Positions 24,193 to 28,621 of a stretch of 28,621 nucleotides of DNA are shown here, one piece after another; within the stretch, counting starts at the first letter, position 1, and each line of letters begins with the position of its first letter. Source of the stretch: an uncultured Eubacteriales bacterium (GTDB lineage Bacteria > Bacillota > Clostridia > Oscillospirales > Oscillospiraceae); assembly GCA_949744025.1 (NCBI GenBank), contig CATJWA010000179.1, positions 1 through 28,621 on the forward strand, read 5' to 3'. Both the position numbers and the translations under genes were made by a program. A model generated the notes under the pieces. That model was given only the letters and a program-made list of their open reading frames with translations. It was not told the DNA's origin and did not search any database.

Positions 24193-25126
24193 AATAATTT
24201 GCTTCGTGCGCTCCGCGCTTCCTTATAACGATGATGAGAATGATGACAAACGCCAGCACCAGCAGAAGCAGGGCGCCTCCGGCAATCCAGAGCCAGTTAA
24301 AGCTGGACATGGAATGCTCACTGCCGTTTTCTGTATCCGTGGCCGGTGTAACAGTTGGCTCCTGCTCGGGTATTGGCTCCGGCTCCGTTGCCGCGGCCGG
24401 CGTTCCGGTGTAGGTGAGAGTATAGGTGACGCTCTCGATTCCCGCGCTTACCACCTCGCCCACATACTCCGCCGTGCTGACGTAAGCCGTGGGCGCGCTG
24501 TACCAGCCCGTGCCCGAATAGGTCGCTACGGCCACATACGAGGCCGGCACCAGCACATCGTCTACCAGGTCGGTGCTCTGCACCTGCCAGTCCACGCTTT
24601 GAAGCTGGACCGTTATCCCGTTCTTGACGGTGGTGGCAGGCACAAAGGACATGTCGTTGCTGTTCAGGTTGTTGATATGCCTGACCTCCGTGACCGCGAA
24701 GGAACGTGTCTCATGGCCCGCGGCCTCCGTCGTGATCGTGGTATGGTCCAGGTTCAGGACTCCGCGCCATTCCCCGTCGTCGTACACTACGGACGGCTCC
24801 AGAGCCGCCAGTATGGAGTCCAGGTCATCCTCCTCCGTTTCCACGCTGACGCTTTCCGTGTGCGTTTTCGTTTCTGAATAGCTATTTTCCTCCTTGACGA
24901 TCCCGGCATAAGTGTATGTATAGCCGTTGTAGTCAAAGTCCGGCTCAATAAGGTCCTCCGCGTTTGTCTCGGGGGACACTGTATATACCTTGATGTACTC
25001 CTGAACGCCGTCCAGATTGCGCACGACGGTTTCCACAGGCACCTCCAACGCGAATGTGTTAAGCGTGCAGCAGAGTGTCAGGGCCAGAGCTGCGCAGCCG
25101 GTCAAAATGTGTTTCGTCCCTCTCAT
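24155..25126 (-). CDS. Membrane-anchored surface protein (signal peptide, Pro/Glu/Thr linker, C-terminal TM + basic tail)
   Basis: Start moved to ATG 25126 (MRGTKHILTGCAALALTLCCTLNTFA-LE); 323 aa; WLWIAGGALLLLVLAFVIILIIVIRKRG anchor; no LPxTG before the TM. Confidence 0.8.
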   Translation of the reverse strand: MRGTKHILTGCAALALTLCCTLNTFALEVPVETVVRNLDGVQEYIKVYTVSPETNAEDLIEPDFDYNGYTYTYAGIVKEENSYSETKTHTESVSVETEEDDLDSILAALEPSVVYDDGEWRGVLNLDHTTITTEAAGHETRSFAVTEVRHINNLNSNDMSFVPATTVKNGITVQLQSVDWQVQSTDLVDDVLVPASYVAVATYSGTGWYSAPTAYVSTAEYVGEVVSAGIESVTYTLTYTGTPAAATEPEPIPEQEPTVTPATDTENGSEHSMSSFNWLWIAGGALLLLVLAFVIILIIVIRKRGAHEANYYETEDDRYENQT

Positions 25127-25209
25127 ACGCAGTACAGCTCCCGCCTGATGTACGCTGCGGCTGCACCGGCAGCGGCTATTGCTGTGAAGATGATGATTGC
25201 TTTTTTCAT
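25123..25209 (-). CDS. Unannotated 28-aa hydrophobic peptide MKKAIIIFTAIAAAGAAAAYIRRELYCV
   Basis: Strong RBS GGAGGAGG 8 nt upstream; ATGA overlap with the upstream gene's stop (25206-25209) and with the downstream gene's start (25123-25126). Confidence 0.72.
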   Translation of the reverse strand: MKKAIIIFTAIAAAGAAAAYIRRELYCV

Positions 25210-25610
25210 GCAGAGTTTCCTCCTCCGTTTTGAATTTGGTGAAGTATTGCTTTAAGGCTGTCCACGAATGCCCCAACGAACAGGGAAACGAGCTCCATGT
25301 TTCCGGAGATCCACCATATAAGGTCGGGCAGGGGAAGGCGCATTTCGTCATAGGCAATGCAGATTGTGATAAACACCTGCCAGGGCTGCGCGGTTTCCCG
25401 CATCTTGGACAGTCTGGTAATTGTCAGCAGCACACCCCCTTCGCTGTCACTGTGCTCGCAGAGCTCATCAAAGAACATTCCGGCGTGAGCACGGGCAATA
25501 ATTTTTATGGCTTGTACATTGGCCTTGCCGTCGCCGTCAACAAGTCCCATGCGGCGGTGGCGCTCGGCAGCGGCAGCGTCAAACGGGCTCGTGGCTTTGC
25601 GGGCTGTCAT
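25206..25610 (-). CDS. Hypothetical protein, first gene of the surface/transfer cluster
   Basis: Open frame 25206-25682; ATG 25610 (MTARKATSP..., 134 aa) preferred, but the start is uncertain. Confidence 0.6.
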   Translation of the reverse strand: MTARKATSPFDAAAAERHRRMGLVDGDGKANVQAIKIIARAHAGMFFDELCEHSDSEGGVLLTITRLSKMRETAQPWQVFITICIAYDEMRLPLPDLIWWISGNMELVSLFVGAFVDSLKAILHQIQNGGGNSA

Positions 25611-25757
25611 GGCTGCTGTTTTTCCTTTTCTGGTTTGTCGTAGGCATTTCCTCCTTTTCGTGTTTTGTGGTCTTGAGCGCAAGTCACCACTAAGGCGGGA
25701 CCACCAGCCTGTGCAGTAATTTATTCAGCGTAATATTCTCCCTTCTGGGCATAAATT

Positions 25758-25796
25758 AAGGCCCGACACCTGAATTGACTTCAGGTGTCGAGCCTT
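25758..25796. terminator. Strong stem-loop upstream of the transfer cluster (terminator/attenuator candidate)
   Basis: AAGGC-C-CGACACCTGAA-TTGAC-TTCAGGTGTCG-A-GCCTT; fully paired with one U-G on the minus strand; only a weak AAUUUAU tail. Confidence 0.5.
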
Positions 25797-25860
25797 GGCC
25801 TATTTAGTTATAAAACTCACTGCCATCGCAGTGACAGAACATGGCAGATAAAACTTTAAG

Positions 25861-25908
25861 TTGATTTTTATCATATCTTCGCGTATAATACAGGTAAGAA
25901 TATCTTAC
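25861..25908 (+). promoter_or_regulatory. SigA promoter and palindromic operator of the AbrB-PIN operon
   Basis: TTGATT (25861-25866), 17 nt, TATAAT (25884-25889); perfect palindrome GTAAGA-ATA-TCTTAC (25894-25908) over the expected +1; RBS GAGGAGG. Confidence 0.8.
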
Positions 25909-25922
25909 GAGGAGGTCTTGCT

Positions 25923-26195
25923 ATGAACACACAGGTTTTAACAGTATCTTCCAAGGGGCAGATCTCGCTTCCTATTGAAATGCGGCGGAAGATGTCGATA
26001 GAAACAGGTGATAAGCTGGTTGCATATGCAAATGGGGACACGATAATTCTTAAAACTATATCCGTTCCGTCCGTGGAGGACTGTAAAGCGGCATGGGCTG
26101 AGGCACAGACATGGGCCGCTTCTGTTGGCTACAAAGAGGAAGATATAAACGATATTATCAAGGATTATCGCAAGAAGAAGCGTGAACAGGCATGA
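25923..26195 (+). CDS. AbrB/MazE/SpoVT-family antitoxin
   Basis: TVSSKGQISLPIEMRRKMSIETGDKL swapped-hairpin signature; 90 aa. Confidence 0.9.
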   Translation: MNTQVLTVSSKGQISLPIEMRRKMSIETGDKLVAYANGDTIILKTISVPSVEDCKAAWAEAQTWAASVGYKEEDINDIIKDYRKKKREQA

Positions 26196-26590
26196 AAATC
26201 GTCATTGATACTAATGTGGTGATCTCAGGTGTCTTTTTTGGCGGGTATCCCCGCCGTGTGCTTGACGCCGTTTTAGATGGGAAGACCTCTGCTTCTGTCA
26301 CAGCTGAAATTGCAGCTTAATATGTGGAAATTGCCCAGGAGATGATAGAGCGCAAACAGGGGCATTTCCGAAGAGAATTGTTTGCCGTTTTGCTTAGTAA
26401 AATGGAATTGATAGAGTCACATTCTGAAGTTCATTTGAGCCGTGACCCCGATGATGACAAATTCATCGCCTGTGCCAGCGACGCGAAGGCACTCTATATT
26501 GTGAGCGGCGATAAAGATTTGTTGGTCCTGAAACGGTACCAAGACATTGAAATAATTACAGCCAAGGAGTTTTGCGAGCGATATATGTGA
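26192..26590 (+). pseudogene. PIN-domain toxin interrupted by an in-frame TAA at codon 43
   Basis: MKIVIDTNVVISG...EIAA*YVEI...RDPDDDKF...IVSGDKDLL; ATGA overlap with abrB; TAA at 26318-26320; frame continues to 26590. Confidence 0.85.
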
Positions 26591-26611
26591 AAGCTGAATG
26601 AGGTATCCTAT

Positions 26612-26797
26612 ATGACGATTGCACAGAAAATGCGGGACGAGCGCAGAATTGGCTTTAGGGAAGGGCGCGCCGAGGGACGTACGGAAGGTATCAATGAGGC
26701 GATTGCCGCTTTGAGTGGGATTCTGGAGCCTTCCGTTCTTGCCGAGAGATTTAACGTGCCGATAGAACATGTTTTGAAAATTTTCGAGAAAATGTGA
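26612..26797 (+). CDS. Stand-alone small protein resembling the C-terminal (RpnS, antitoxin) domain of Rpn/PD-(D/E)XK_2 nucleases
   Basis: RBS GAGGT; 61 aa MTIAQKMRDERRIGFREGRAEGRTEG... with the MTIA start and EGxxEG repeats, then a short helical domain. Confidence 0.65.
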   Translation: MTIAQKMRDERRIGFREGRAEGRTEGINEAIAALSGILEPSVLAERFNVPIEHVLKIFEKM

Positions 26798-26817
26798 ATT
26801 TAATATAGTTACATGTC

Positions 26818-26847
26818 AATGGAGACAGTCCACAGACTGTCTCCATT
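26818..26847. terminator. Terminator between the convergent TA cassette and parB
   Basis: AATGGAGACAGTC-CACA-GACTGTCTCCATT, 13-bp perfect stem, followed by TATTTT on the plus strand. Confidence 0.8.
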
Positions 26848-26851
26848 TATT

Positions 26852-27835
26852 TTAAGCTTTCTCTGCCCTTTCCTTCAGAAACTCCAAAAACAGAGCCTCA
26901 AGCTCCGCGTCATCACCGATACCGGACAAGTACGGCTCAAATTTCTTACGACTGAAGCTAATCTTCTTCGGCGGGGCAGACTGCCGCTGTACCGCTGCTG
27001 CCTTTGCCTCGCGCCACGCCGTAAAGATTGCCTGCCGCTCCGCAGTCGGGGGAGGGCAGCTTCTGACAATATACTGCATTGTTGCTTTGTTGATCTGATA
27101 GCCTTCAATGGAACACATCTCCACAAATACTTCCTGCGAGTTGGCGTCATAGTCTGCAATCAGGTCGGCACAGGCCAGATTGAGCTGTTTGGGTGTTCTC
27201 TCAATAATGTCAATCAGTTCTGGAATAAGAGAGGTCAGCTTTACCAGCTTGCGAATCTCGTACTCCGTCACACCAAAAAACTCCGCGACGAGAGCACGGG
27301 CCGAGTACTTCTGGCGATTCTCGCCAGAAGTTGCTTCGTCTATATCGCTGCGGCGCCCCTGACGATTCTTCGCATCCAGCAAAGCCTTATACGCTTTCCC
27401 ACGCTCCACTATGGAAAGGCCCTGACGCTGAATGAGATTAGTAGATGTTGCTATTACGATGGCGCGGGCATTGTCGGCCTCCACGATCTCCGCGCTGATT
27501 TTTTTCCATCCCGCCGCTTTTGCCGCGCTTACTCTGTTATGACCTGCAAGGATTTCATAATCTCCGCTATCTGCAATCGGGCGGACAATGATTCTTACCA
27601 GCAGGCCTTCCTCCTTTAGCTGCTCTGCAAAGGCCAGTATCTTCTGCTGAGAATAGGGCCTAAAGCCTATGTCTGCCGTGAAGAAAGGAACCAGCCGTTG
27701 AATATCCACGTCTTGAATCCTTGATGCTGACGGTGGAGGAGTTTCCTGGAAAATCTTCTTATACGCTTCGTCACTGGCCTCAAGCTCCGATGCCTGACGC
27801 GATGCTTCCATGCGGTTTTTCAGCAGGTCGTTCAT
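26852..27835 (-). CDS. parB: ParB/RepB/Spo0J-family partition protein
   Basis: IIVRP...YEILAGHNRV CTPase motif, NLIQRQGLSIVERGKAY, HTH; start moved to ATG 27835 just after the parA stop. Confidence 0.9.
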   Translation of the reverse strand: MNDLLKNRMEASRQASELEASDEAYKKIFQETPPPSASRIQDVDIQRLVPFFTADIGFRPYSQQKILAFAEQLKEEGLLVRIIVRPIADSGDYEILAGHNRVSAAKAAGWKKISAEIVEADNARAIVIATSTNLIQRQGLSIVERGKAYKALLDAKNRQGRRSDIDEATSGENRQKYSARALVAEFFGVTEYEIRKLVKLTSLIPELIDIIERTPKQLNLACADLIADYDANSQEVFVEMCSIEGYQINKATMQYIVRSCPPPTAERQAIFTAWREAKAAAVQRQSAPPKKISFSRKKFEPYLSGIGDDAELEALFLEFLKERAEKA

Positions 27836-27842
27836 ATTTCCT

Positions 27843-28621
27843 TTAGCCAAGCTCAAGCACCTCCCTCGCCAGGCTGAGATAGGATTCTGCGGCCGGATTT
27901 TTCGGGGCGTACTCAAGTATGCTTTTCCCGACCGCCGGGCATTCCGCGATTTTTATGGTCTGCTCAATGGGTCGCTCAAAAACATGGATCTCGTCGCCAT
28001 AAATCTCACTCACACCGGAGCGCACACTCTGGCAGAGCTGTGGCCGTGACTGATACATTGTCAGCAGGATACCCGCAATCTTCAGCCGCGGATTGAAACG
28101 GGCCTGCACTGATTTCACAAGCTTCAGCACGTCGGGAATGCCCTCGCTGGCGAGAAAGTGGGCTTGTACCGGTATTATGCAGTAGTCTGATGCAGCCAAG
28201 GCGTTGACTGTCAGCAGCTCATGCTTCAGCCCGCAGTCTATGATGATATAATCATAGCTGTTGCGCAAGGGCTCCACCACACTGTCCATCATCTTTTCAC
28301 AGGGCTTGTCCGCATCGCCCACTGCGTTATACTGCGACAGCTGCATGACCTGCAAACGCGCTGCGACATCGGAAAGGCGCTTGTTGGCAGGGATCAAATC
28401 AATACCGCTGGCTGTATGTATAACGGTGCGAGGAAGATGCAGCTCCAGATCCTCTGGGGTGTCAACGGCGGCAAGCAGGAGTTTTGCAAGGGTGTTTTTA
28501 AGCTCGGTCGGCGTATAGCCCAGCGATGCTGTTAAGTTACCCTGCACGTCGTTATCTATAAGAATGGCTCGTTTGCCGGAAGCCGTGAGCGCGGCCCCAA
28601 GATTCAGCGCGGTTGAGCTCT
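27843..28621 (-). CDS. parA: ParA/Soj-family ATPase, 5' end outside window
   Basis: Frame is open to the window edge (…SSTALNLGAALTASGKRAILIDNDVQGNLT); also DLIPAN, YDYIIIDCG and IIPVQAHF. Confidence 0.92.
   Translation of the reverse strand, partial: SSTALNLGAALTASGKRAILIDNDVQGNLTASLGYTPTELKNTLAKLLLAAVDTPEDLELHLPRTVIHTASGIDLIPANKRLSDVAARLQVMQLSQYNAVGDADKPCEKMMDSVVEPLRNSYDYIIIDCGLKHELLTVNALAASDYCIIPVQAHFLASEGIPDVLKLVKSVQARFNPRLKIAGILLTMYQSRPQLCQSVRSGVSEIYGDEIHVFERPIEQTIKIAECPAVGKSILEYAPKNPAAESYLSLAREVLELG

Larger units (their letters stand above)
1..28621 (-). mobile_element. Interior of a Firmicutes conjugative element (conjugative plasmid or ICE with replication/partition genes)
   Basis: Co-oriented VirD4, VirB4, PrgI-like, VirB6-like, pilin-like, cell-wall hydrolase, adhesin/sortase, RepA_N and ParA/ParB genes plus two TA cassettes. 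No att sites or ends visible. Confidence 0.95.

Noticed and set aside
25579-25647. 22-aa ORF MPTTNQKRKNSSHDSPQSHEPV after AGGAGG (possible leader peptide)
   Set aside because: SD-to-ATG spacing is only 2 nt and there is no other support; it may instead reflect an uncertain or frameshifted start of the 134-aa gene.
26808-26821. GTTACATGTCAA downstream of parB as a parS site
   Set aside because: Only about 9/14 match to the canonical parS core, single copy, in an AT-rich terminator region.
1-28621. rRNA, tRNA, integrase, IS elements, antibiotic-resistance genes
   Set aside because: None recognisable in this window.

Overview
The whole window is the interior of a GC-rich Firmicutes (Clostridia-like) conjugative element; no boundary, integrase or recognisable relaxase is in view. 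Nearly all backbone genes are on the minus strand. From right to left: parA (cut off) and parB; a surface module (134-aa ORF, unannotated 28-aa membrane peptide, TM-anchored surface protein, sortase, transglutaminase-like secreted protein, 2225-aa thioester/SpaA-repeat adhesin); a Gram-positive T4SS (VirB2-like pilin, VirB6-like, NlpC/P60 hydrolase, XRE regulator, PrgI-like, VirB4-associated protein, VirB4); a RusA-like protein, a wHTH protein and VirD4; RepA_N with intragenic iterons, a DUF5697-like protein, and a ribosomal-protein-S1-like multi-OB-fold protein running off the left edge. Two lower-GC plus-strand cassettes interrupt the backbone: Phd/YefM-RelE/ParE, and AbrB + nonsense-disrupted PIN toxin + an orphan Rpn C-terminal antitoxin-like ORF. 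The most unusual observations are: (i) a ~70-bp-period array of a 15-nt motif inside the virB6-like CDS that is read in all three frames; (ii) an adhesin ending in LPKTGF with no membrane anchor, next to an apparently secreted sortase and a TM protein lacking LPxTG; (iii) the S1-like protein; (iv) the orphan RpnS-like gene. All family assignments come from motif recognition by eye, not database searches.
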